Shown: piece after piece, positions 26,175-35,746 of the stretch
Layout of the letters: each line of letters starts with the position of its first letter
Position numbering within the stretch: position 1 is the stretch's first letter
From: Fibrobacterales bacterium
GTDB taxonomy: Bacteria > Fibrobacterota > Fibrobacteria > Fibrobacterales > JAOPTW01
NCBI GenBank assembly: GCA_051532035.1
Contig: JAOPTW010000086.1
Span: forward strand, 1-41,771
Direction of reading: 5' to 3'
Length of the DNA: 41,771 bases
Program-made: the position numbers and the translations under genes
Notes under the pieces: generated by a model
What the model saw: the letters and a program-made list of their open reading frames with translations, nothing else
The model's database searches: none
What the model was told of the DNA's origin: nothing

Positions 26175-29100
26175 TTACAGACTCCTTTTGCTCGGCTCTT
26201 TTTTTAAGTAATACCGCTTTATAATCTGTCGGCATAACTTTTACGAATTTTGAAAGGTTAGTATCCCAGTCTGCGAGTATGCCTTCAGCAACATCGGAGC
26301 CGGTAAAACTTTGGTGATTTTCGAGCATGGTGCGAAGCATAATAATATCCTCTTCTTCCATAGCATCAAATTCAACCATACCCATATTACAGTTTTTCTC
26401 AAATGTTCCATGAGGGTTATATACATATGAAACACCACCACTCATTCCGGCGGCAAAGTTACGGCCAGTATCGCCGATAATAATAGCAACACCACCAGTC
26501 ATGTATTCACAACCATGGTCACCGATTCCCTCTACAACAACTTTTGCGCCTGAGTTACGTACACAGAAACGTTCACCAGCAATACCGCGGATGTAAGCCT
26601 CTCCTCTTGTAGCGCCAAAAAATGCAACGTTACCAATAATGATCTCTTCTTTCGGATCGAAAGGAGCACTTTTATCAGGATATACTACAAGGTTAGCACC
26701 AGAAAGGCCTTTACCAAAGTAGTCATTAGCGTCACCTTCAAGTTCAAAACGAATCCCTTTGGCAGAAAAAGCCCCAAAACTTTGACCAGCAGATCCAGTG
26801 AATTTAATATGGATAGTATTGTCAGGTAAGCCAGCGGCTTCATATTTTTTCGAAATTTCATTCGAAAGAATAGTACCCGTTGCACGGTCGGTGTTGAGAA
26901 TCTCAAGTTCTGCGGTAACCTTCTCTCCGTTTTCGAGAGCAGGTTTTGCAATGGTGAGAAGTTTTTGGTCGAGAACAATATCTAAACCATGATTCTGTTG
27001 TATTGAACAGAATTTTGTCTGGTTTTCATCGCCCTGTTCTTTGAAAAGAATTGGGCTAAGGTCGATATTTTTGTATTTCCAATGATCAAATTTATTCGGC
27101 ATTTCAAGACAGTCAGCCTGTCCCACCATTTCATTGATTGTTCTAAAACCAAGCTCAGCCATGATCTCTCTCAGACCTTGTGCAAGCATGGTAAAATAGT
27201 TTACAACATGTTCTGGTTTACCAGTAAAGCGTTTTCTCAACTCTTCATTTTGAGTTGCGACACCAACAGGGCATGTATTTTCATGACACTTACGCATCAT
27301 AATACAGCCTTCAACTATGAGTGCAGTTGTAGCAACACCCCACTCTTCAGCACCAAGAAGTACTGCAACGGCAATATCTTTAGGCGTTTTCATGTGGCCG
27401 TCAGCTTGAACGGTAATACGGTTACGAAGTTTGTTACGAACTAATGTCTGGTGTGCTTCTGAAAGGCCAAGTTCCCAAGGAAGACCACAGTGTTTGATAG
27501 AGCTCAGTGGCGATGCACCCGTTCCACCATCGTGACCAGAGATGAGTACAACATCAGCTTTAGCTTTACATACACCAGCAGCAATAGTACCAACACCTGC
27601 TTCGGATACTAGTTTCACATTAATACGTGCGGCTCTATTGGCATTTTTCAAGTCATAGATGAGCTGGGCTAAATCTTCGATAGAGTAAATATCGTGGTGC
27701 GGAGGAGGTGATATAAGTCCAACACCTGGAGTAGAGTTACGGGTGGAACCAATCCACTCATTTACTTTGTGACCAGGAAGTTGTCCACCTTCGCCAGGTT
27801 TTGCACCTTGTGCCATTTTAATTTGAATTTCGTCAGCATTCGAGAGGTAATAACTGTGAACACCAAAACGCCCTGACGCAACCTGCTTAATTGCAGAACG
27901 CATAGAGTCACCATTTTCTAATGGCTTAAACCGTATAGGGTCTTCTCCACCTTCGCCTGAGTTTGATTTGCCACCGAGCCGGTTCATGGCAATAGCGAGT
28001 GTCGTGTGAGCTTCCCACGAAATTGATCCAAAGGACATTGCACCTGTAGCAAAACGCTTTGTAATGTTTTCAACTGGTTCAACTTCATCAATTGAGATGC
28101 TGCCATTGGATTTTAAATTCATCAGCCCGCGAAGCGTGTATGCCTTACGTGCGTCTTCGTCAGAAATTTTACAGAATTTTTTAAACTTTTCATAATCGTT
28201 ATTATGAGCCGCTTCTTGTACAAGTGTGATTGTTTCAGGATTAAATTGGTGGTCTTCACCACGGTGTTTCCATTGGTATACCCCTCCCACGTCTAGACGT
28301 GGATTAGGAATATGCGAATCAGGAAAACCAATTTTATGTTTTGCAAGGGTCTCGAGAGCAATGTCATCAAGTGTAAGACCTTGAATACGGGTAACAGTAC
28401 CAGTAAAGTATAGGTCAACAACCTCTTGACTAATACCAACAGCTTCAAAAACTTGAGCAGCTTGATATGACTGCAGTGTAGATATCCCCATTTTTGAGAA
28501 AATCTTTAACAGACCACCGTTAATAGATTCAGAGTAATTTTTAAAGAGTTGTTTATCGCTATACTTTTGAGCAAGCTTACCAGAATCATTAAGATCTACA
28601 AGTGTTTCTAGTGCAAGGTACGGGTTCACTGCTGAAGCACCATACCCAATAAGGGTTGCAAAATGGTGTGTCTCAGTAACATCCGCAGCTTCAACGATAA
28701 TATCTGCTTTCCCACGGAGTCCCTCACGAATAAGGTGGTGGTGTACTGCTGCAGTAGCTAATAATGAAGGAATTCCTGCGTGATCACTATCTACGCCACG
28801 GTGTGAAAGACAGATAATAGAGAATCCATCCTCTACAGCATCTACAGCGTAACGGCAGATTCTTTCAATTGCTTTTTTCAGTGTACCAGCTTCGCCAGAT
28901 GCACGAAAATAGATATCAATTGTTTTTGTTTGAAAGTGATCATGGTCAATATATTTCAGTTTCTCAAGGTCACCATTGTTGAGAACAGGGTGTTCAATTT
29001 CAACTTTATGACAGTGACGTGCACTTTCTTCAAGTAGGTTTTGAGAACTTCCAACATGTGAATGCAGTGCCATTACCATACGTTCACGAATTGAGTCGAT

Positions 29101-30696
29101 CGGCGGGTTTGTTACCTGAGCAAAGAGTTGTTGAAAGTAATTTGAAAGGTGTTGAGCGCGGTGTGAGAGTACTGCTAATGGAGTATCATTACCCATTGAC
29201 CCGAGAGGCTCTTTCCCTTGGTTGGCCATTGGCTCAAGTATTACTGTTAGGTCTTCTTTGGAAAAACCAAAAGCTTGCTGTTTGTGAAGAAGTTCAGTGT
29301 GTGATGGTTGATTCTGAGTCTCAGTTGGCTCAGGAAGGTCTCGTAAGTCTATTTTGTATTCAGCAAGCCAGTCTTGATAAGGCTTTTGAGTACATATTTC
29401 TTCTTTGATTTCATCATCACTGATAATACGCCCTTGCTCAAGATCGGCAATAAACATTTTACCTGGCTGAAGACGACCACGTTTAACAACAATAGATGGG
29501 TCGACACATACACAGCCTGATTCAGAGCCCATTATGATGGTGTCATCTTTTGTTACCATATAACGTGATGGTCTGAGGCCATTACGGTCGAGTGTTGCGC
29601 CAACAATTTTTCCGTCAGTAAAACAGAGTGATGCAGGTCCATCCCATGGCTCCATAATACAGGCATAGTATTCGTAGAATGCCTTTTTAGCAGCTGACAT
29701 TTGATCGTGCTGCTGCCACGCTTCAGGAACAATCATCATCATTACATGAGGAAGTGAACGACCACTCAGTACGAGGAGTTCAATGACCATGTCGAGGTTT
29801 GAAGAGTCTGACGAGTCTGGATTACAAATAGGGAGAATCATATCGAGTTCTTCTTTTGAGAACTTTGTTGATTCAAAAAGCGCTTCACGTGCTTTCATCC
29901 AATTCAGGTTACCGCGAACGGTGTTTATCTCACCATTATGTGCAATATATCTAAATGGTTGCGCTAAACGCCATGAAGGGAATGTGTTTGTAGAGAAACG
30001 TGAGTGTACCAGTGCGAGAGAACTAACAACATCTTTATTTTTAAGGTCATCAAAATAAGTTCTCACTTGTTCGGTATTAAGCTGTCCTTTATAAAGGATT
30101 GTTTTATACGAAAGTGATATGATGTGGAAGATATCATTGATATTAACCACTGTTTCGTGAGTAATACGATTAGTGTATTTGCGAAGAACAAAAAGTTTTC
30201 TCTCAAATGCTTCTTGATCAAGCTCAACAGGTTTACGAATAAATACTTGTTCAATGTGTGGTTCAGTATCACGAGGGGCTTGCCCTAAACTGCTATTATC
30301 TACAGGAACATGGCGATAGCCAAGAATCTCAAGACCAAGTTTATCACAGTGTTTCTTGAAAATTGCCTTACACTCATCGCGAGTATCTACTTCTTGTGGC
30401 AAGTAACACATGCCGACACCATACTCTCCTGCTGAAGGGAGTTTGATATTGAGTTTAAAACACTCTTCGGTAAAAAAAGCATGAGGAATCTGGAAAAGAA
30501 TTCCAGCACCATCACCAGAATTTGCATCGTATCCGGTACCACCACGGTGTTCCATACGTGCAAGCATAGTGAGTGCATCATCGATAACGTTGTGTGACTT
30601 ACGTCCTTTAAGGTTTGCTACGAAACCGATACCACAGCTATCATGTTCAAATTCGGGTCTATAGAGCCCTTGATTTGTCTGTTTATTTAAAGCCAT
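26167..30696 (-). CDS. gltB: Glutamate synthase large subunit
   Basis: EHDSCGIGF (N-terminal Cys of the GATase domain), HSRFSTNT, MAQGAKPGEGG, SPPPHHDIYSIEDL, CH...CPVG and GXGXG beta-helix. Start placed at ATG 30696; the ORF extends to 30726. Confidence 0.97.
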   Translation of the reverse strand: MALNKQTNQGLYRPEFEHDSCGIGFVANLKGRKSHNVIDDALTMLARMEHRGGTGYDANSGDGAGILFQIPHAFFTEECFKLNIKLPSAGEYGVGMCYLPQEVDTRDECKAIFKKHCDKLGLEILGYRHVPVDNSSLGQAPRDTEPHIEQVFIRKPVELDQEAFERKLFVLRKYTNRITHETVVNINDIFHIISLSYKTILYKGQLNTEQVRTYFDDLKNKDVVSSLALVHSRFSTNTFPSWRLAQPFRYIAHNGEINTVRGNLNWMKAREALFESTKFSKEELDMILPICNPDSSDSSNLDMVIELLVLSGRSLPHVMMMIVPEAWQQHDQMSAAKKAFYEYYACIMEPWDGPASLCFTDGKIVGATLDRNGLRPSRYMVTKDDTIIMGSESGCVCVDPSIVVKRGRLQPGKMFIADLEQGRIISDDEIKEEICTQKPYQDWLAEYKIDLRDLPEPTETQNQPSHTELLHKQQAFGFSKEDLTVILEPMANQGKEPLGSMGNDTPLAVLSHRAQHLSNYFQQLFAQVTNPPIDSIRERMVMALHSHVGSSQNLLEESARHCHKVEIEHPVLNNGDLEKLKYIDHDHFQTKTIDIYFRASGEAGTLKKAIERICRYAVDAVEDGFSIICLSHRGVDSDHAGIPSLLATAAVHHHLIREGLRGKADIIVEAADVTETHHFATLIGYGASAVNPYLALETLVDLNDSGKLAQKYSDKQLFKNYSESINGGLLKIFSKMGISTLQSYQAAQVFEAVGISQEVVDLYFTGTVTRIQGLTLDDIALETLAKHKIGFPDSHIPNPRLDVGGVYQWKHRGEDHQFNPETITLVQEAAHNNDYEKFKKFCKISDEDARKAYTLRGLMNLKSNGSISIDEVEPVENITKRFATGAMSFGSISWEAHTTLAIAMNRLGGKSNSGEGGEDPIRFKPLENGDSMRSAIKQVASGRFGVHSYYLSNADEIQIKMAQGAKPGEGGQLPGHKVNEWIGSTRNSTPGVGLISPPPHHDIYSIEDLAQLIYDLKNANRAARINVKLVSEAGVGTIAAGVCKAKADVVLISGHDGGTGASPLSSIKHCGLPWELGLSEAHQTLVRNKLRNRITVQADGHMKTPKDIAVAVLLGAEEWGVATTALIVEGCIMMRKCHENTCPVGVATQNEELRKRFTGKPEHVVNYFTMLAQGLREIMAELGFRTINEMVGQADCLEMPNKFDHWKYKNIDLSPILFKEQGDENQTKFCSIQQNHGLDIVLDQKLLTIAKPALENGEKVTAELEILNTDRATGTILSNEISKKYEAAGLPDNTIHIKFTGSAGQSFGAFSAKGIRFELEGDANDYFGKGLSGANLVVYPDKSAPFDPKEEIIIGNVAFFGATRGEAYIRGIAGERFCVRNSGAKVVVEGIGDHGCEYMTGGVAIIIGDTGRNFAAGMSGGVSYVYNPHGTFEKNCNMGMVEFDAMEEEDIIMLRTMLENHQSFTGSDVAEGILADWDTNLSKFVKVMPTDYKAVLLKKRAEQKESVNG

Positions 30697-30899
30697 ATTT
30701 ATCCTGTTACCTCCGTTTATATGCATTGCATTATATTCTAATGTTGCAAAAGGGAGTTATGAATATCCGTTTTTCATCTCATTTTCTAATTGCACCGTCA
30801 AGATAGTAAAATTTAGTTATAATTTCTAGTCTAAAGTGCGTTGACTACGGTGAGCTGTTGGTCAAATTGACACTATAATGTGTCTTTTTTTAATAAAAA

Positions 30900-31322
30900 G
30901 TGGAAGATATGGTCAAAATTGAGCTGTTACTGGATGAATCTGAGGCGTTGAATGCAAAAGAACCTACAGGGACATGCCTGTTTCAAAATGAAACGGAAGA
31001 GGTGCGAGGAGAGTATACATATCTAGATGCTTGGTTTATTTGTCTCATCAAAGGATTGGATTCAATTAGGGATGAGAAGGCCGCTACTATAGATGTGGAA
31101 TTTGCTGATCAACCCGAAGCGATGATCATTGAGAAAAGTGATGAATTCCTTGTGGTCTCTTATTTTGGTGAAAAATGCTCTGTTGGCGCGCAAAACCTAT
31201 TTGAATCAGAACTTAAAAAAGTTATAGCTGATTTTATTGATAGATTTAAGACGTTGGACACGTATAGTGACAATACATTTTTTGAGGTGTTAGAGGATTA
31301 CTGTAAAACAGGTGAAGTATGA
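30900..31322 (+). CDS. Small acidic hypothetical protein
   Basis: 140 aa ORF (alternative ATG at 30909), divergent from gltB, ATGA-coupled to the next gene. Confidence 0.7.
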   Translation: MEDMVKIELLLDESEALNAKEPTGTCLFQNETEEVRGEYTYLDAWFICLIKGLDSIRDEKAATIDVEFADQPEAMIIEKSDEFLVVSYFGEKCSVGAQNLFESELKKVIADFIDRFKTLDTYSDNTFFEVLEDYCKTGEV

Positions 31323-31726
31323 TAACTCGTTTATTGAGTGTCGTTTTTTTGGCTATGATAACGGTTTTTGCCGCTGAGTCTCGATCGATACTTGTGTATC
31401 CAGGAATCATCGATATAGGAATGGTGGAGCCCACGGTCGATTCAGCTTATGGTACTTCTTATGTATTTAGTAAGAATAGTTTTACCCTTAAAATGCAATC
31501 ACAGAATGATCTCATTTGTACGACTCAAGAGGTTACTTTAGCTATGAATAAAGATGGCTCTGTTAAAGAGAGTACCTCTGGAGAATATCGTGGGTATAAA
31601 GTTTCAATAGCATTATCAGTCAAACAGACACCGCATGGGAAATCAATAAGGAAGATAGTTTCTTTTAATACTCTAGAATTTTTAAATGAAAGAATTGAAT
31701 TAATGCTCGTAGGATTTAAACAATAA
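31319..31726 (+). CDS. Small secreted hypothetical protein
   Basis: Signal peptide MITRLLSVVFLAMITVFA-A; beta-rich mature part. Confidence 0.7.
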   Translation: MITRLLSVVFLAMITVFAAESRSILVYPGIIDIGMVEPTVDSAYGTSYVFSKNSFTLKMQSQNDLICTTQEVTLAMNKDGSVKESTSGEYRGYKVSIALSVKQTPHGKSIRKIVSFNTLEFLNERIELMLVGFKQ

Positions 31727-31733
31727 CACCTTG

Positions 31734-31762
31734 TTGATTAATACCAATCTTTTTATTATTGT
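31734..31762 (+). promoter_or_regulatory. Putative promoter of tRNA-Pro
   Basis: TTGATT-17 nt-TATTGT ending 8 nt before the tRNA. Confidence 0.55.
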
Positions 31763-31770
31763 CTCACAAT

Positions 31771-31844
31771 CGGGATGTAGCTCAGTCTGGTAGAGTACTA
31801 CAATGGGGTTGTAGTGGTCGTTAGTTCGAATCTAATCATCCCGA
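31771..31844 (+). tRNA. tRNA-Pro (anticodon GGG)
   Basis: CGGGATG-TA-GCTCAGTCTGGTAGAGT-A-CTACA-ATGGGGT-TGTAG-TGGTC-GTTAG-TTCGAAT-CTAAT-CATCCCG-A; CCA not encoded. Confidence 0.95.
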
Positions 31845-31895
31845 CTCAACAAAAAAAGCTCCTTTTAGGAGCTTTTTTTGTTGAGTCGGGATGAT
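31835..31895 (+). terminator. Terminator of tRNA-Pro embedded in a 29 bp perfect inverted repeat
   Basis: ATCATCCCGACTCAACAAAAAAAGCTCCT-ttt-AGGAGCTTTTTTTGTTGAGTCGGGATGAT. Confidence 0.85.
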
Positions 31896-32114
31896 ATTGC
31901 AGGACTTAATATACGATAAGTCCCACCAATCATTCTTATTATATACGATAGTTTTATGGAGATATCAATTAATTTAATCCTGTAATGGGACCTTTATTAT
32001 ATTATATAATTGATAAGCTAAAGTTTTTTGGCTAGAAAATCGAATAATATTAACAGATGAACTCCCATGGTGTGGTGATATCTGTTTTTGTACGATCCAG
32101 GAAGAGGGTACAGT

Positions 32115-33218
32115 TTGAAAAAGGTCGTTTTTGGAATAGTCAGTGCGCAGAGTTGTCTGTTTGCCCAGGTGACTGCACAATCAATGAGTAAATCATTTAC
32201 GGATAGTATTAATCCGACCATTATTATTGTGGTTGCGATTATTGCGGTGTTTCTTGTTGCTTTTTTTGTACTGTGGGAGATAAAAAAAGTTGATGCCCAA
32301 AAGCAGCTGAAGGCTGAAGTGAGCTGGAATAAATTTTTTACAATGGTAAAAGAGAAAGAGCTTTCTGATAAAAAAATAGCGCTTTTAAAGAAAATGATCA
32401 CTTTAGGTGATATTAAGGCCGCAGATTCTATTCTTTTTTCTCCTGTCGTTTTCGAAAATATTATTGAGAACTTCTATACTATTCTTGAAAAAAAGAGCAC
32501 TGCAGAAGCAGCACTAACCTACGAACTGATTCACGAGATTCGTGATGAGCTTGGATATTCACGACTCCCTCTTGAGACGCCTTATGCGTCGACTCGTCAA
32601 TTAAAGGTCGCTACAACCCTTATGCTCCAAGAAGAGGGTATGAAGCAGACAACGACATCGAATATTGATGATAATAAAGAGCAATATTGGAAAATAGGTA
32701 ATAAATTTGACCGAATGCTTAAGCCGGGAACTGAAATCAAGGCCTCTTTTACGCGAAATGGTGATGGCGAATATCACATAACGACAAAAGTTGCTAAATG
32801 CACACCAGATGATATTACCTTAGAGCATTCAAGGCAAGTGTCACGAAAGCAGCAAAGAAACTGGGTTCGAGTAGATGTGAATTTACCTATTATGGTAATT
32901 GCAACACTCGAATATGAGGATGGCCAGAAGGTTACGGAGAAAGTGCGAGGGAGAGTTCGGAATGTTTCTGGGGGTGGTGCAGCGATACGACTCCCCATTA
33001 GGGTTCCCTGTGATAATTCGATTTATATGAACTTTGACCTCTCGGGAGTGAAGTTTAATAGAATTGAAGGGCACATTATACGGGTGAGTGATAAACCTGA
33101 TGGTGCAGATGAAACTTTTCAGCACTCACTCAAGTTTATCGATCTAGAATCTCAGCTTCAAGAGAAGATTGTACGCTATGTTTTTGAAGTTCAAAGAAAA
33201 GAATCTCAGTGGCGTTAA
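32115..33218 (+). CDS. Membrane-anchored PilZ (YcgR-like) c-di-GMP-binding protein
   Basis: TM helix IIIVVAIIAVFLVAFFVLW; QRNWVR (RxxxR) and NVSGGG (D/NxSxxG) motifs intact. Probable TTG start at 32115 after GAGGG; the ORF is open from 32088. Confidence 0.85.
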   Translation: MKKVVFGIVSAQSCLFAQVTAQSMSKSFTDSINPTIIIVVAIIAVFLVAFFVLWEIKKVDAQKQLKAEVSWNKFFTMVKEKELSDKKIALLKKMITLGDIKAADSILFSPVVFENIIENFYTILEKKSTAEAALTYELIHEIRDELGYSRLPLETPYASTRQLKVATTLMLQEEGMKQTTTSNIDDNKEQYWKIGNKFDRMLKPGTEIKASFTRNGDGEYHITTKVAKCTPDDITLEHSRQVSRKQQRNWVRVDVNLPIMVIATLEYEDGQKVTEKVRGRVRNVSGGGAAIRLPIRVPCDNSIYMNFDLSGVKFNRIEGHIIRVSDKPDGADETFQHSLKFIDLESQLQEKIVRYVFEVQRKESQWR

Positions 33219-33400
33219 ATCGCGAAATTAATTGAAAAATAAGCCAATTTGTGGTAACCTTTATAGTATATTTGGCTATAAGAGGTTGAGTCTATTAGAG
33301 TTATCTTGAAAATTGTAGGGGTGCATCTAGAAATGAGGATGCCAGTTGCTATAGTGAATATTCACTATGTTTCAAACTTGAATGTTCACTTTGAGGTGTT

Positions 33401-34543
33401 TTGAGCTTTTTAACTGATTTTATTAAAAAAGTTAAAGGGGAGTCTACCACACTTGGTATAGACGTTGGACACCACTGCGTAAAAATAGCAAAGGTTACTC
33501 ATAGCCAGAATTCATTCAAACTTATCGATTATGGAATAGTAGAAGTACCCTTTGGAACAATTGTCGATGGGATTATTCAAAATAGTGAATCCTTAAGTGG
33601 CATTATTTTAAATCTCATTGCTCATATGGGAGGAGTCGACTCAAATACTGATGTTGTGCTCTCGCTCTCTTGGTCTAATGGAGTTCTTGCAGATATTGTG
33701 AAAATGAGAACTCAGCCGGGTATGCCGGATGAAGAACTTATTTTGGTAGAAGCCGGTAGGCGCGCTCCCTTTGATGATCCTGATATAACTTTAGATTATA
33801 AGATTCTCAATAAAACAGAAGAGTCTAACGACATCGATGTTTTACTCGTGGCAGTAAAAAATGATATTTTAAATCGGTGGGTTGTCTTTTTTAAAGATGC
33901 AGGTATTCAACCTGCAGTGATTGATGCTGATACGTTTGGATTGTATAACGCTCTTAAGTATACGTTAGAAAAAGAGAGTAGTACCGATGACATTGATGAT
34001 GATGTAGAATTAGAAAGTGATCCGGGAGTTGTTGAAGAGATCAAAAATAGTTATGCAATTCTTAACCTGGGGCATGTCAAATCTAATATTACCTTTGTAT
34101 ATAAAGGCCTCTATCACTCAACTCGTGATATTCCACGAACTTCTATTGAAGGGGTTGCACGGAAATTTGCTCGAAGTCTTGGGGTTCGCCAAGAGAAAGC
34201 TTTGGGTGTAATTCATGGTGAATCCTTTGAAGGAGTTACCGATGAAATGATTGAACAAGCCTATCGTGATGTGTTTGAAGACCTCGCCATGGATACCCAG
34301 CAGATGTTTAACTATTTTAAACAAACTGGCGGGCAAGGTGAGCTAAGTCTGTATTTATGCGGTGGTGGTGCTGCTCTACCTGGTATTGTAGATGCATTTA
34401 AAGAGCGCCTAGAAGTCCCTGTACAGCTCCTTGATATTGGCAATAACATAGCAGTTGATGAATATAAATTCCCTCATGGGTTGGATCAAGAAGTCTCTTC
34501 GCAGTTAGCAGTTGCCATTTCAATGGCAATGAGGAAGGTGTAA
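33401..34543 (+). CDS. pilM: Type IV pilus assembly protein PilM
   Basis: LGIDVG...KIA, DVLLVAVK, ILNLG and LYLCGGGAALPG actin-like motifs; TTG start with GAGGTG RBS; first gene of the pil operon. Confidence 0.9.
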   Translation: MSFLTDFIKKVKGESTTLGIDVGHHCVKIAKVTHSQNSFKLIDYGIVEVPFGTIVDGIIQNSESLSGIILNLIAHMGGVDSNTDVVLSLSWSNGVLADIVKMRTQPGMPDEELILVEAGRRAPFDDPDITLDYKILNKTEESNDIDVLLVAVKNDILNRWVVFFKDAGIQPAVIDADTFGLYNALKYTLEKESSTDDIDDDVELESDPGVVEEIKNSYAILNLGHVKSNITFVYKGLYHSTRDIPRTSIEGVARKFARSLGVRQEKALGVIHGESFEGVTDEMIEQAYRDVFEDLAMDTQQMFNYFKQTGGQGELSLYLCGGGAALPGIVDAFKERLEVPVQLLDIGNNIAVDEYKFPHGLDQEVSSQLAVAISMAMRKV

Positions 34544-35119
34544 GTGGAACGGATTGAGCTCAATTTAATACCGATCGAACATCGTCTGAGTAAGATGGAT
34601 CATACGTGGATGCTTGACCGCAGAGTGATTTATCCCAGCTTTATCTTGCTCATTGAACTGGTTATATTTGCAATTGCCTGGATTACTATTTCTGAAACAA
34701 ACAGACAGTTGAATAATGATTTAGAAGCCATTAATCACAAAATACGCTTACAAGCCCCGATACAAAAAGAGATTAAAACACTTGATGATGCACTGCAAAA
34801 GAAAAAACGAAAAAATCGTGCATTAAAATCAATTGAAGTAAGTAAAAAACGGTGGATCGAAATTTTTGAAGATATCAGTACTACCCTTCCAGGCAATATG
34901 TGGGTATTAAGTATTATCCAAAATAAAGAAGTTTCAAAAGAGGTGCTCATGAAAGGAGTCACCTATAACTTTTCTGAGATTTCACAATATATGATGGCAT
35001 TAGAAGAGCAGCGGAGTTTTGAAGAGCTTCTGCTAAATTCAATAATTACAATTAAGTATAAGTCTAATACGGCATATCAGTTTGAAATTAAGTGCATTTT
35101 GAAAGAGAGTGTAGAGTAG
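34544..35119 (+). CDS. pilN: Type IV pilus assembly protein PilN
   Basis: IELNLIP motif, single TM helix, coiled coil and LPGNMWV PilN motif. Confidence 0.88.
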   Translation: MERIELNLIPIEHRLSKMDHTWMLDRRVIYPSFILLIELVIFAIAWITISETNRQLNNDLEAINHKIRLQAPIQKEIKTLDDALQKKKRKNRALKSIEVSKKRWIEIFEDISTTLPGNMWVLSIIQNKEVSKEVLMKGVTYNFSEISQYMMALEEQRSFEELLLNSIITIKYKSNTAYQFEIKCILKESVE

Positions 35120-35122
35120 CGT

Positions 35123-35746
35123 ATGTTTGAAGATCATAACAAAATTCGTACCATGTATGCTGCAGTAGTAACGCTACTGATAGTAGCTATTGGCTATGGT
35201 TTTTGGAGTATCTTTCTCATAGAAAACTGGAACCTTATTGATATCAATAAGGAGAACATTAAGAACAGAGAGCTTCAGTATCAACGTATACAGAGACAGG
35301 TTAAACGAGTTGATGACTTGAGAGCAGAGGTGCGCAAAGCGCAACGAGAACTTACTGAATTAAAGGCGATGTTTCCGGATCAAGAGTCAGTACCGCTTCG
35401 TTTAAATGACCTCTATAAAGTACTGCGTACTTCTGGAGTAAAAATAACTGGATTCAAACCACTGGAGCAAAAGGATATTCAGCCTGTAAATGCTGCAGAT
35501 GATCCTAAATATCATTATAGAGAAAATATTTATACTGTAGAGCTGGAAACGGGGTATCATATGCTCGGTGTGTTGTTTGAAGGATTGGCAAGCCTCGGCT
35601 ACCCAATTTCTCTACGAAATGTACGTATTAATAAATTTGCTGGACTGGAACAAGAACTTGAAAAAAGTGAACGGCATGGTTGGGTTCCAACTACAATCGC
35701 AGTCTCTTTTAATTTGGTAACCTACTCATCTAGGGAGGGTAACTAA
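35123..35746 (+). CDS. pilO: Type IV pilus assembly protein PilO
   Basis: TM helix + coiled coil; FPDQESVP..L..L....SGV...FKP...YRE......GYH.LG. Confidence 0.85.
   Translation: MFEDHNKIRTMYAAVVTLLIVAIGYGFWSIFLIENWNLIDINKENIKNRELQYQRIQRQVKRVDDLRAEVRKAQRELTELKAMFPDQESVPLRLNDLYKVLRTSGVKITGFKPLEQKDIQPVNAADDPKYHYRENIYTVELETGYHMLGVLFEGLASLGYPISLRNVRINKFAGLEQELEKSERHGWVPTTIAVSFNLVTYSSREGN

Noticed and set aside
31771..31895. Prophage or genomic island integrated at tRNA-Pro or tRNA-Ser
   Set aside because: No integrase is present and I saw no direct repeat of either tRNA 3' end in the window; the only copy is inverted and adjacent.
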